Made by a program: the position numbers and the translations under genes. This document shows, piece after piece, positions 46,190-55,022 of a stretch of 64,000 nucleotides of DNA (the first letter of the stretch is position 1; each line of letters opens with the position of its first letter). The stretch comes from Candidatus Uhrbacteria bacterium (lineage in GTDB: Bacteria; Patescibacteriota; Patescibacteriia; UBA9934; GWF2-40-263). The DNA lies in the NCBI GenBank assembly GCA_037131775.1, contig JBAXQK010000003.1, positions 12,439 through 76,438 on the forward strand. The letters run 5' to 3'. Under the pieces are notes generated by a model. The model did no database searches. It saw nothing but the letters and a program-made list of their open reading frames with translations, and was not told the origin of the DNA.

Positions 46190-47215
46190 TTAGCGATTGG
46201 TCTTCGCGGTGACAGTAACCGTTCCGGCACACGAACCCTTGACTCCCGACGACGGGACGGTGATCTCGTTGCGCCACATGACCTGCTTGGAGGATCCATT
46301 TGTCTGCGGGTCCAGGTTGAGCTCGATAACGTCCGTCGAGGCGGTGTTGATGTAGTTCACCATGCCCGTGCCGCCGTATCCGACGTCAGATCCTTCGCCG
46401 GCAACGCCGACGCCGTACTGAATGTTGGCGACCGGGATGGAACCAAGACCCGAGCAGGTCATGTCCGTCGCGCTGATGTAGGCGTCCTGGGTGTCGTTCG
46501 ATTTGTTCGCGATCGGCTGGTCCTCACCGCCGACGCTCGTGTCGCCGACGGATCCAAGCGACTTGTTTCCGAAGTTGATGTTGCCCGGGATTGCGAGCCC
46601 GAGATACGCGTTGAGCTCCTTGTCGACGTTCGAGATGCTCGAACCGTCATTTGCGGCGTCAATCGCGAGAACCTGCCACTTGTAGGTCTGGGCGTTGATC
46701 GCGGAGTTCGCGCCTCCGTTCGTGTACTCAAACCAGTACGGGAGATTGAACGCACAGCTGTAGTTGACCGTGTTCCCGGATCCGCCGTAGAGGGAACAGA
46801 GGGGGGATCCGCCATCGGACATGGCGATCAAACAGTCGAACTGGTTCGGGGTGCAGTTGGTGAACGCAGGCTTCGAGTAGGAAAGCAAGGTGCCGTCCGT
46901 GCTGAGCGCCACGGAGGCGACCACCTTGGTGACGTCCGCGTATCCGTTGAAGTCCGTGATCACGCCGTTGACGTAGACGGTCGCTCCCATGCCGGCAACC
47001 ATCGTGTTGATGTTGCCGCCCCAGAAGTTCGAGTTCGTGTTCGCGGCGTTGCTGAGGAATTCCGACGTGACGGTAGGAGCGTCGTTGTTAACGCCAAGGG
47101 TCATGTTGGTCGGACCGGCCTGCGAGTTGATCATGACGAGGGAGGCAACCACGAACACGGCGATCATGACGAGCGAGATCCCGAGAATGTAGTGCAATGT
47201 CTTGGACTCTTGCAT
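46190..47215 (-). CDS. Secreted Cys-containing protein, paralog family member 4 (ends GSCAGTVTVTAKTNR)
   Basis: Start at MQESKTLHYILGISLVMIAV (TM/signal); family blocks ATVYVNG, YSCAFNLPYWFEYT, NFGNKSLG. Confidence 0.7.
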   Translation of the reverse strand: MQESKTLHYILGISLVMIAVFVVASLVMINSQAGPTNMTLGVNNDAPTVTSEFLSNAANTNSNFWGGNINTMVAGMGATVYVNGVITDFNGYADVTKVVASVALSTDGTLLSYSKPAFTNCTPNQFDCLIAMSDGGSPLCSLYGGSGNTVNYSCAFNLPYWFEYTNGGANSAINAQTYKWQVLAIDAANDGSSISNVDKELNAYLGLAIPGNINFGNKSLGSVGDTSVGGEDQPIANKSNDTQDAYISATDMTCSGLGSIPVANIQYGVGVAGEGSDVGYGGTGMVNYINTASTDVIELNLDPQTNGSSKQVMWRNEITVPSSGVKGSCAGTVTVTAKTNR

Positions 47216-47306
47216 ACGGATAGAAGAATTATTTAGAGAACGAACGCGTGCCTCAAATTTTCTGCACTGTTGTGGGGGGGTTAATGAATTATGATTCTGC
47301 AATTGT

Positions 47307-47319
47307 GGATAACTGACGA
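47307..47319 (-). promoter_or_regulatory. Extended -10-like element GTGTGGTATACTG (minus strand) about 90 nt upstream of paralog 4
   Basis: Variant of the TGTGCTATACT motif. Confidence 0.3.
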
Positions 47320-47353
47320 CAGTATACCACACGGATTGCTCAGGGACCAGAAC

Positions 47354-48718
47354 TTACCATCGGCGTTCCGCATCGGAAGGGATCGGCGCGTCAGGAATCT
47401 TCTCCGCGGGCGGCACGGCGGCCGAACGGACCTCCGTCACGACGGGCGACGGCGACTGTTCCGTCGGACGAGCCTTCGCCGTCGCCTCCTTTCCATGACG
47501 CCGACGGCGAACGATGACGATCAGAAGGACGAAAAGGAGGATGACGACGGAAAGAACTCCGATTCCCACGTATGAGTTGAGCGTCTTCAACGCCACGGCC
47601 TCGTTGACCGTAAGAACAACATCTTTTGACAGCGTCTTCTTGTTGCCAAACTTCACGTAGGTAGTCAGCGAGTACCGACCTGGATCCTTCGGATCAAGCA
47701 GGAGGGAAAGATTGGAGGATTCCCCCGGTCCGACGGAAACTTCCTCGCCGCGAATCAGGTCGACATACGCCCCGTCCTTGTACAGCTCCCCCATCAGCAG
47801 TCCGCTGATGACGATATCGCCGGTGTTGGAAAAGACCGCGTCGACCGGCACCTTCTCGCCGAGCTCAAACGAATCCTTCTTTGTCGAAACGGACACAAGC
47901 TCTCCGGACTGGGCCATGGTTCCCGGGGCGAACACGTTGAAGTCGAAGGACGTCAGCTCGCCGATCTGCTCCTTCTGCTCATTGAAGAACTTCGTCGTCA
48001 GGGAGTACGTGCCTTCCGGAAGACTCCGGTCGAGTTCGATCCGAACGTTGCCTTCCTTGCCCGGGCCAACGGAATCGAACTTGTCTGATTCCAACGAGTA
48101 GAGGATCTGGTCGGACGGATCGTTCTTGTTCGAGAACGCAAGCTCGGCACGGTACGGCTTCCAGTTGACGTTACCGGTATTCGCGAAGACGTACGTGACA
48201 AACGGATGGAGGTTTGACTCCGTGTCATCGACATGCGACGTCCTGATTTCAAAGGAGACAAGTTCCTTTCCGCTCACGGCAAAGTTTATTTCCAGCGCCA
48301 CCCCGGTAAGGACACCCATTCCCATCTGATCCCCGGTGGCCGCTCCACCCGCACCCACGCGCGAGTTCATGAACGACAGGACGCCCTTGTGGGAACCGGA
48401 CTGGGCAATGCCGGGATCGACCTGAAACGTATAGTCAATTCCGTCCATGCCGCTTGGAATAATGGCGGCCGGCTCAAATCTCAGATATTCCGCGGCGTCT
48501 CCAACGGCCAGGATATTCAGCTTCAGTTCCCCTTCCTGATCCGAACTCCGAAGGAGATGGACGGTGACGTTCTGCGGAATCCCCCGCATGACGTCTGGAA
48601 TTATGACCGACGACGGCGAGAGTCCGAGCGCAAGCGCGGGATGCGCGACCAGCAGGGCCATGGCGCACGCGAACGAAGCCGCGAGACTATTTTTGAGCAA
48701 GGAACGAGTCTTTGGCAT
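47354..48718 (-). CDS. Cell-surface protein, type I membrane topology (signal peptide, GLSP N-domain, C-terminal TM + RRRRH), paralog 1 of 3
   Basis: 454 aa; N-terminus LALGLSPSSVIIPDV shared with 49590 and 50498 proteins; C-terminal TM and basic stop-transfer. Confidence 0.68.
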   Translation of the reverse strand: MPKTRSLLKNSLAASFACAMALLVAHPALALGLSPSSVIIPDVMRGIPQNVTVHLLRSSDQEGELKLNILAVGDAAEYLRFEPAAIIPSGMDGIDYTFQVDPGIAQSGSHKGVLSFMNSRVGAGGAATGDQMGMGVLTGVALEINFAVSGKELVSFEIRTSHVDDTESNLHPFVTYVFANTGNVNWKPYRAELAFSNKNDPSDQILYSLESDKFDSVGPGKEGNVRIELDRSLPEGTYSLTTKFFNEQKEQIGELTSFDFNVFAPGTMAQSGELVSVSTKKDSFELGEKVPVDAVFSNTGDIVISGLLMGELYKDGAYVDLIRGEEVSVGPGESSNLSLLLDPKDPGRYSLTTYVKFGNKKTLSKDVVLTVNEAVALKTLNSYVGIGVLSVVILLFVLLIVIVRRRRHGKEATAKARPTEQSPSPVVTEVRSAAVPPAEKIPDAPIPSDAERRW

Positions 48719-48720
48719 AG

Positions 48721-49062
48721 CTATTTCGTTAGCACCACGATAAGAATAAGAATCGTCGTAATGAAAATGGCAAGAAGGACGCTTGTCTTGGTTCGGTCGG
48801 CCATCTTTGAATAGTCCGAGTACGACCTTGAGAAGGAACCGTCTTCCCTCCGCGGGTACAGCTTCTCGAACGCCTTCGATTTGTCTTCGAACAAGACGGT
48901 GGAAATCTGACGCGGCTTGTCCGTCATCAAAAACGCATGTGCGATCGTGGAAACAAGAAAGCCGACCGCGAATCCCCAGAACAGTGGGTAATCACCGATC
49001 CGCCTCAGCGTATCCCACGACGCGCCAAGCACGGCGCGCATTCCCAAGAAAAAATTTTGCAT
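48721..49062 (-). CDS. Hypothetical membrane protein (2 TM)
   Basis: 113 aa; low GC relative to genome. Confidence 0.5.
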   Translation of the reverse strand: MQNFFLGMRAVLGASWDTLRRIGDYPLFWGFAVGFLVSTIAHAFLMTDKPRQISTVLFEDKSKAFEKLYPRREDGSFSRSYSDYSKMADRTKTSVLLAIFITTILILIVVLTK

Positions 49063-49076
49063 AGCTAGAAAGAAAC

Positions 49077-49616
49077 GTGAGAATAGTATATCATGATTCC
49101 AATACTATGCTGCTCTCTTACCTGTGGAAAACATTTCGGCTCGCATCGTGTGCTGTCCTGATTATCCTGTTCGTGAGAACGTTCGTGATCGAGACGGGAC
49201 GCGTAAACGGCGTCTCCATGGAGAGCACGTATCTGGACAGCCAGACATTTTACATCAATAAATTTGCGCTGCTGCTTTCCACGCCGAAGCGCGGACAGAT
49301 CATTCAGTGCAAGGCTCCGAACGGCGAGTCGCTCCTCATCAAGCGCATCGTCGGGCTTCCGGGAGAAACCGTGCACATTCACGAGAACGAGGTCTCTATC
49401 ACGGACAGCCGGGGAAACCTGATCCGTCTAAACGAGACGTACCTGAAGCCGGGGTCCATCACGCAGACCTGGAACCACGAGCCCGGGGACTACCCGGTCC
49501 TTGGTCCGAACGAGTACTTCGTCATGGGGGACAACCGCCGGGAGAGCGGCGACTCTAGGCACTTCGGCCCCGTCCCGAGAGAAAACATCCTAGGGTTGGT
49601 TATCTCTCCGTTTTAA
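49077..49616 (+). CDS. lepB: Signal peptidase I (LepB-type Ser/Lys)
   Basis: Box B GVSMEST, box D IKRIVGLPGETV, box E VMGDNRRESGDSRHFGPV; start could alternatively be the Met at 49107. Confidence 0.85.
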   Translation: MRIVYHDSNTMLLSYLWKTFRLASCAVLIILFVRTFVIETGRVNGVSMESTYLDSQTFYINKFALLLSTPKRGQIIQCKAPNGESLLIKRIVGLPGETVHIHENEVSITDSRGNLIRLNETYLKPGSITQTWNHEPGDYPVLGPNEYFVMGDNRRESGDSRHFGPVPRENILGLVISPF

Positions 49617-50501
49617 CGCACGGCGCCGTCGAAACGTGCCGCCGAACGCGGCCAGGATGACGGCGGCAAGCGCCCCCGACGTCAGCACGACGAGCCGCTT
49701 TCGAAGCGTCGGCTGCAAAACCCAGAATGAGACGTCCTTTGTTACGCCGCCCACGGAAACCTCTGCCGTATATTTTCCCGACGGGAAGGATTCCGACAGG
49801 TCGAAGTCATAGGATTGCACGCTGGCCCCGCCAACGGGAATGTCGTCGGAGAGAAGGTATGTCTGGGCATTCACCGGCACCCCGTCCTTCGACACCACCA
49901 CGTGACTCTCGACCCCTTCGATCGGATTTTGACCCGCATTGACCAGGTCCCACGCCACGTGAAGGCGACGGCCGTTTCGAAGGGACGACTGGGTCACCCG
50001 CGGCACGCGAACGGAAATGTCCTTCATCAGCGTCGGATAATCGACGGCGCTCAGGACCACGTTCGATCCTGGACGATCCTGCACGGACAGGTGCACCTGA
50101 AACATGAGCCCCGCGATCACCTGTTGGCCACTGGCGGCCTGGTCACCGGGTGGGTCGAGGAGAAACTGAATCGTTTCGTCATATTCTCCCACGGGCAGAT
50201 CCAAGGAGCTGACCGTAAAGCGAAACGGGACAAAGTGCTCGCCGTCCGGAATGGTCACGCTCGCTGTACCGCCGATATCGATTGCGGCGGACTTCGTCAG
50301 TTCGGAGACATGAAACACCGACTCCCCCTCGGCATCCTGACGCGAAATCATAATTTCCTCCGTCAGCGTGTCGCCGCGATACACCACCAGGTTCATCTCT
50401 CCCGGAGAGAGGCCGATTGTCTGCGCGGCGGACGATGGCGGGACCAGCACGAACATGCCTAGCAAAACGAGGACGGAGAGGAACGGAAGGCGGAATGTCA
50501 T
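49590..50501 (-). CDS. Cell-surface protein paralog 2 of 3 (signal peptide, IGLSPGEMNLVV N-domain, C-terminal TM + RRRR)
   Basis: 303 aa; 3' end overlaps the lepB 3' end convergently (27 nt). Confidence 0.68.
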   Translation of the reverse strand: MTFRLPFLSVLVLLGMFVLVPPSSAAQTIGLSPGEMNLVVYRGDTLTEEIMISRQDAEGESVFHVSELTKSAAIDIGGTASVTIPDGEHFVPFRFTVSSLDLPVGEYDETIQFLLDPPGDQAASGQQVIAGLMFQVHLSVQDRPGSNVVLSAVDYPTLMKDISVRVPRVTQSSLRNGRRLHVAWDLVNAGQNPIEGVESHVVVSKDGVPVNAQTYLLSDDIPVGGASVQSYDFDLSESFPSGKYTAEVSVGGVTKDVSFWVLQPTLRKRLVVLTSGALAAVILAAFGGTFRRRRALKRRDNQP

Positions 50502-52123
50502 ACAGGATCAATTTCAGGGTGAACGATCGATTCGTCTTCCTCCTCGTTCTTTCCTCGTGAGAACGCGAGCGCGACGATGGCGATGGCGGCCAGAAAAAAC
50601 GAGAGGACAAGCATCAGGCAGATGGGGAATTTTTTCTTCGTCAGGCACGGGCAGACCGTCATCAGGGACGCCTGTTCCGGTGCGGCAGGAACGCTGGCCG
50701 CGACGAGGAAGCGACCGGAGAGGTCTTCTGTCCGAACCGCGTCCGATACCCGCATCTGTCCGTTTACCGAATCCACGCCACCAAACTCCAGCGAGGTCGT
50801 TGCCTCCCGCTTCGGACGGAACTGGAACGCGGCGACATATCCGCGCGTCCCGGAGAAAGCGACGTCCGACGCGCCAATGAGGCGAATGGAACCGGCGCCC
50901 GCCTTTCCGTATTCCCCTCGGACGTACGGAAAGATGGACCCGAGCGTGCTGACGTCAACGAGATCGAGGACGTCCGTGTCGTACCGGAATGTGACGTCAG
51001 CCGCACGGACGCCGGACGGGCCCGTGTCGGCAAGAAGATAGAACGTCACGAGATCGTCGGGCGTCTTCTCGGCGGCCGCGAGCACGAACTCGTATTTGCC
51101 CAGAGCGCCCCCCTCCTCGAAGTAGAAAGTTTCCTGCTCGGTCGCAAGCGCCGGACCGGGCGTCACGGGAGGAACGGACGGTGCCGCATCCTTCGGGGCG
51201 CCAACGAGCTCGGCGGCCGCCGCGATATCCAGCAGGGTGAACGCGCAATCCGCGTTCAGGTCGCACGTCAGCGCGCAGGTCGCGCCAAGATACTCGCTCA
51301 TGAGAGTCGTGACGTCGGCCGAGCCCTGGATTCCATCGCCGTTCCGGTCGAGCGAAAATCCAGCGTTATCGCATGCCGCTCCGGAGGCAGGCGCTCCTTC
51401 CTGCGATACCGAGCCTGTCGGCCCCGCGGGAGTGACAGTCGGGACAACGACGGGAGCCTGCGATACGGACGGCGTTCCCGTCGTATCCGTGAAACCCGTG
51501 TCACTGCCGAACGATCCGGACGAACCAGTGTCCGCGGGAGTCTGCGCAATGGATCCGCCGGTGCCATCCGTCGTTGTGGTGTTCGTCGACGGGGTCGTGG
51601 GAGTGGTCGTTGGCGTCGACGGGGTCGGTTCCTGCGTGATCCCGCCGCCACCGCCGCCCGTCGGGTTTCCACCTCCGGACCCCCGCGCCCTGACGGAAAA
51701 CCTTACCGTCGCCGTTACGCCGCGTTGAACGGCGTTGCCGGACCCGTCGCCGGAACCGGAAACGTCCGTCAGAAGGAACGCGATGTACTGCCGGTAATCC
51801 CCTGTCTCAATGTCCGCGCCAGGCGAGACGACGAACTTGTATTCCACCGCGTCTTGGTCCGGCCCCATCACGATCGTATTTTCTCCCGTGACGCATCCGC
51901 CGCATTCCCCGTGAAATCCAACCTCGAAGACCAGCGCGCCGACTTCCCCGTCCCCGCGCTGAAGCCCGACCGTCTCGCGGACGGAGGAAGAGGAGGACAG
52001 CGTCCGGGAAACCGTGACCTCCGGCGGGGAGAGGCCGAACGCGAAGGACGGATGCGCAGACGCAAAAAACGAACTGGCGACAAGGAAAATTACGGCGGCT
52101 AACTTTTGATGAAACGGGCGCAT
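50498..52123 (-). CDS. Cell-surface protein paralog 3 of 3 with Thr/Pro-rich linker, dockerin-like double repeat, cohesin-like C-domain and C-terminal TM
   Basis: FGLSPPEVTVS N-domain; TPSTPTTTPTTPSTNTTTT linker; DRNGDGIQGSADVTTLMSEYLG + DLNADCAFTLLDIAAAAELVG; cohesin-like VTFRYDTDVLDLVDV...; ATGA overlap with the paralog 2 start. Confidence 0.72.
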   Translation of the reverse strand: MRPFHQKLAAVIFLVASSFFASAHPSFAFGLSPPEVTVSRTLSSSSSVRETVGLQRGDGEVGALVFEVGFHGECGGCVTGENTIVMGPDQDAVEYKFVVSPGADIETGDYRQYIAFLLTDVSGSGDGSGNAVQRGVTATVRFSVRARGSGGGNPTGGGGGGITQEPTPSTPTTTPTTPSTNTTTTDGTGGSIAQTPADTGSSGSFGSDTGFTDTTGTPSVSQAPVVVPTVTPAGPTGSVSQEGAPASGAACDNAGFSLDRNGDGIQGSADVTTLMSEYLGATCALTCDLNADCAFTLLDIAAAAELVGAPKDAAPSVPPVTPGPALATEQETFYFEEGGALGKYEFVLAAAEKTPDDLVTFYLLADTGPSGVRAADVTFRYDTDVLDLVDVSTLGSIFPYVRGEYGKAGAGSIRLIGASDVAFSGTRGYVAAFQFRPKREATTSLEFGGVDSVNGQMRVSDAVRTEDLSGRFLVAASVPAAPEQASLMTVCPCLTKKKFPICLMLVLSFFLAAIAIVALAFSRGKNEEEDESIVHPEIDPV

Positions 52124-52139
52124 ATCCGACGCAAGTATA

Positions 52140-52862
52140 TCACATTTTCCTTGCGTCCCTCAGCTTCCTGCGCAAAATCCAGAGATGCTTGAAGTTATCC
52201 CAGGCGGTTGCAAAAATTTTCACCGACGTCTTCCTCCTCGCGTCGCGTCCTTCCTCCCAACGCACGGGAATGTTCGCCACGACGAACCCGCAACGCTCGG
52301 CATGGGCAAGAATCTCCGTGTCGAAAAAGAATCCTTCGTGCGTCCAGAGGGGAAAAAGTACCTGTGCCGCGTCTCGCCGGACCGCCTTGAATCCGCACTG
52401 CAGGTCCTGCGCGGAGATGGAAACCAGGACGCGCGCGATCAGCCGATACACCCGCGAAACGATTCGGCGGGACAGCGACCGTCTCACGACGGAATCGCGA
52501 TGAAACCTGGACCCCGCCGCAACCCCGCGTCGCGTCGCCCCGTCGATAAGCGCGGGGACGTCCCGCAGGTCGGTCGCCAAATCCGCGTCCATGAACGCGT
52601 ACACGTCGGCATCCCGTGACTTCCACGCCTCTCGGATCGCGAGCCCCTTCCCTTTTTGCTGGAGAGGAAACAATCCGACGCGGGAATGGTCGCAGGCGAC
52701 GGACCGGACGATCTCGCACGTCCGGTCAACGGACCCGTTGTCCGCAACCAAAATCATCCAGTCGTAGTCCCTCAGCAAGCCGTCAAACGCAGCGACGGAC
52801 TGACGCAGGCTGTTCTCGATCACCAGCTCCTCGTTGTACGCGGGAATGACCATCAGCACCTT
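52140..52862 (-). CDS. GT2-family glycosyltransferase, polyprenol-phosphate sugar synthase-like (DPM1/Ppm-like)
   Basis: MKVLMVIPAYNEE..., DAD motif (FMDADLATD), QxxRW-like region; start at the internal Met 52862. Confidence 0.82.
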   Translation of the reverse strand, partial: KVLMVIPAYNEELVIENSLRQSVAAFDGLLRDYDWMILVADNGSVDRTCEIVRSVACDHSRVGLFPLQQKGKGLAIREAWKSRDADVYAFMDADLATDLRDVPALIDGATRRGVAAGSRFHRDSVVRRSLSRRIVSRVYRLIARVLVSISAQDLQCGFKAVRRDAAQVLFPLWTHEGFFFDTEILAHAERCGFVVANIPVRWEEGRDARRKTSVKIFATAWDNFKHLWILRRKLRDARKM

Positions 52863-54430
52863 CATAGCGTTGAAATTGGAGTGTAAATCTGCGACCACTC
52901 GTCCTCGTACGCCTTTTCATACTGTCCGGACTCCTCCGCGTGAGCGCCGATCGGAGAGGGGTTGCGACGATCGATCAGGATGGCCGACGCGTGAAAGACC
53001 GAGCGGATTTTTTCCACCTCCTTGTCGTCGCCGTTGCACAGCGCATACCAGACGCGATACTTCTCGCTGTCATTCTCATACATGAGACGCGGATCCAGTC
53101 CGACGAGAAGGTACTGTGCGTCATCCAGGTAGAAGTACATCATCGATGAGTCCCATTGCGTATTGAAGACGATCGCGCCAGGCGGGAGGTTCGACCGGAG
53201 CCAGTCCGCGCTTCCGCGGTAACGCGCCTCGGTGAACACGCCGCCCTTCTCAATGGAGTGACTGACGCCACGAATAAAGAGCATCGCCCCAACAGACAGG
53301 CAGGCAATCGCGACGACCGCGTATGATTGCCATCGGAAGCGCGAGGCCGTCCGATTTCCACGGAGATCTTTTTTCAACTGAATGATCCCCTGCCGCAAGT
53401 ACGGCCAGACCATTGACAGGACCGCGCCGGCGGACAGAATGACGAGGGGGACGAAGTACTCCGCATATCGCATCGACCGCAGCGCGAAGACGAAAAAGAA
53501 CGTCGCAAAGAGCGTGAGCGTGAGCGCCGAACGAACGCGAGCCGGCGAGCGGTCGAGGAGCGAGGACGCTTTTGCGGGAAGGAGGAGTGCCGTGCCGACA
53601 AACGCGCAGATGAGGACCGGCATGTTCACAAGCACGAGCAGGATCCAGCTTCCGGCCTTCCACTCTACGCCGGCGGGGATCTCATGCGACCCGTCGATCC
53701 CGATTTTCACGCTGTCCGCGACGCTTGAAAGAACGTTCGTCGGGAAATACGGACTGACGACGAGACCGACCGCAATCCCGACGGCGAGCGCGATGCCCGT
53801 CTTCAGAGCGTCGTACCGCGCAAGGGGATCGTCTTCGCCCGGTCGCGCAATGCGACGCGCGGCAGCATCCGCGATCACGAAACAAAAATACCCCACGAGA
53901 ACGATCGGCCAGCCGTGATAGAGCCAGACAAAGGCCGCCAACGCGACAACCAGCGTCTTGCGGCGAGATGTCAGCATCGCCCAGATGCAGAACAATAGGA
54001 AAACGACGGAAAGGGACGGCGCTCGCGGCATGGATACCCTTTGCAGAAAGTCGAATGAGAACGCGGTGGCAAACGTCAGCCATTCCGGATACGGGGAGCC
54101 GATCGATTTTAAAAATCGATAAATCGCATAGAACGCCAGCAACCCGAATACAACGGCCGATTCCTTCATCCCAACGATCGGGTCGAACAGCGTCACGAAC
54201 GGGATCAGCAAAACGTGATAGAGCAGATGCACGTCCACGTACTGGTCGCGCCAGGTCGTTTCCTGCAGCCATGGAAACGAGTGGATGAACCCATGGTCCC
54301 GTATCGTGAGCGCCATCTTGGCGTGATAAAACGAGTCCGCGTCCGGAAACGACGGCCGCGCATTGATGGCAACGAGCATCACGGCGATCGTGGCAAAGAC
54401 GAATATTGTGGACCAGGAGGGTCGATGCAT
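52862..54430 (-). CDS. GT-C-fold polytopic membrane glycosyltransferase (PMT/ArnT-like), tentative
   Basis: 522 aa with >10 TM segments and N-terminal DxD-like loop (FPDADSFYH); stop overlaps the GT2 start. Confidence 0.65.
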   Translation of the reverse strand: MHRPSWSTIFVFATIAVMLVAINARPSFPDADSFYHAKMALTIRDHGFIHSFPWLQETTWRDQYVDVHLLYHVLLIPFVTLFDPIVGMKESAVVFGLLAFYAIYRFLKSIGSPYPEWLTFATAFSFDFLQRVSMPRAPSLSVVFLLFCIWAMLTSRRKTLVVALAAFVWLYHGWPIVLVGYFCFVIADAAARRIARPGEDDPLARYDALKTGIALAVGIAVGLVVSPYFPTNVLSSVADSVKIGIDGSHEIPAGVEWKAGSWILLVLVNMPVLICAFVGTALLLPAKASSLLDRSPARVRSALTLTLFATFFFVFALRSMRYAEYFVPLVILSAGAVLSMVWPYLRQGIIQLKKDLRGNRTASRFRWQSYAVVAIACLSVGAMLFIRGVSHSIEKGGVFTEARYRGSADWLRSNLPPGAIVFNTQWDSSMMYFYLDDAQYLLVGLDPRLMYENDSEKYRVWYALCNGDDKEVEKIRSVFHASAILIDRRNPSPIGAHAEESGQYEKAYEDEWSQIYTPISTL

Positions 54431-54441
54431 ACGGTTTCCTT

Positions 54442-55014
54442 CTATTTGAATTCCCCTTCCAGCACATGCCCGGACGGATCCGGGTTCCCGTCCTTCGGCT
54501 CCCTGGTCACGACGACCCGAACGTACCCGTCATACTTCCCCGCCGCGCTGGCCCATTCGAGCCCCCAGGTTCCGTCCTCGTTTCCGACGAATGACCCGAC
54601 GGAGACAAAATCGTACGGAACCTGACGAACGAGCCATCCCTCGTAGGATTCCTTTTCCGGGTCGATCGGCGGGAAGGACGACGCCTTGATCTTCAAAAGC
54701 ATCTGCCCGTCGACGGTCTCGCGGATCGTCGTCCCCGTCGCGGATCCGCCCGACACGTCGCGCAGCGTCGCCTCGCGGACCGTCCCGGACATGGATACGG
54801 CCAGGTCGGCGGCAGAGACAGCCGTCGGCGACATCACGTTTGCGATCGTGTTCGTGGCGACGACATCCGTCGACGGTTTCGGCCGGAACCGGAACCACCA
54901 GATTCCGCACGCGAACAGCCCCGCGATCGCGACAATGATCAGCGCGATGACGACAACCGTCCCGGTGACGCGCGGGGAACGGCGGCGGGCGTGGAATTGG
55001 GAACGGTATTGCAT
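54442..55014 (-). CDS. Hypothetical membrane-anchored protein
   Basis: Start at MQYRSQFHARRR...; one TM then ~150-aa soluble domain. Confidence 0.5.
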   Translation of the reverse strand: MQYRSQFHARRRSPRVTGTVVVIALIIVAIAGLFACGIWWFRFRPKPSTDVVATNTIANVMSPTAVSAADLAVSMSGTVREATLRDVSGGSATGTTIRETVDGQMLLKIKASSFPPIDPEKESYEGWLVRQVPYDFVSVGSFVGNEDGTWGLEWASAAGKYDGYVRVVVTREPKDGNPDPSGHVLEGEFK

Positions 55015-55022
55015 AGAAGATG

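Noticed and set aside
43773-47215. Paralog cluster considered as diversity-generating retroelement targets
   Set aside because: No reverse transcriptase (no YxDD-motif ORF) and no template/variable repeat pair detectable in the window
49077-49616. SipW-like (ER-type Ser/His) dedicated signal peptidase
   Set aside because: Sequence carries LepB-type boxes B-E with the conserved Lys (IKRIVGLPG), so it is a conventional P-type SPase I despite its location
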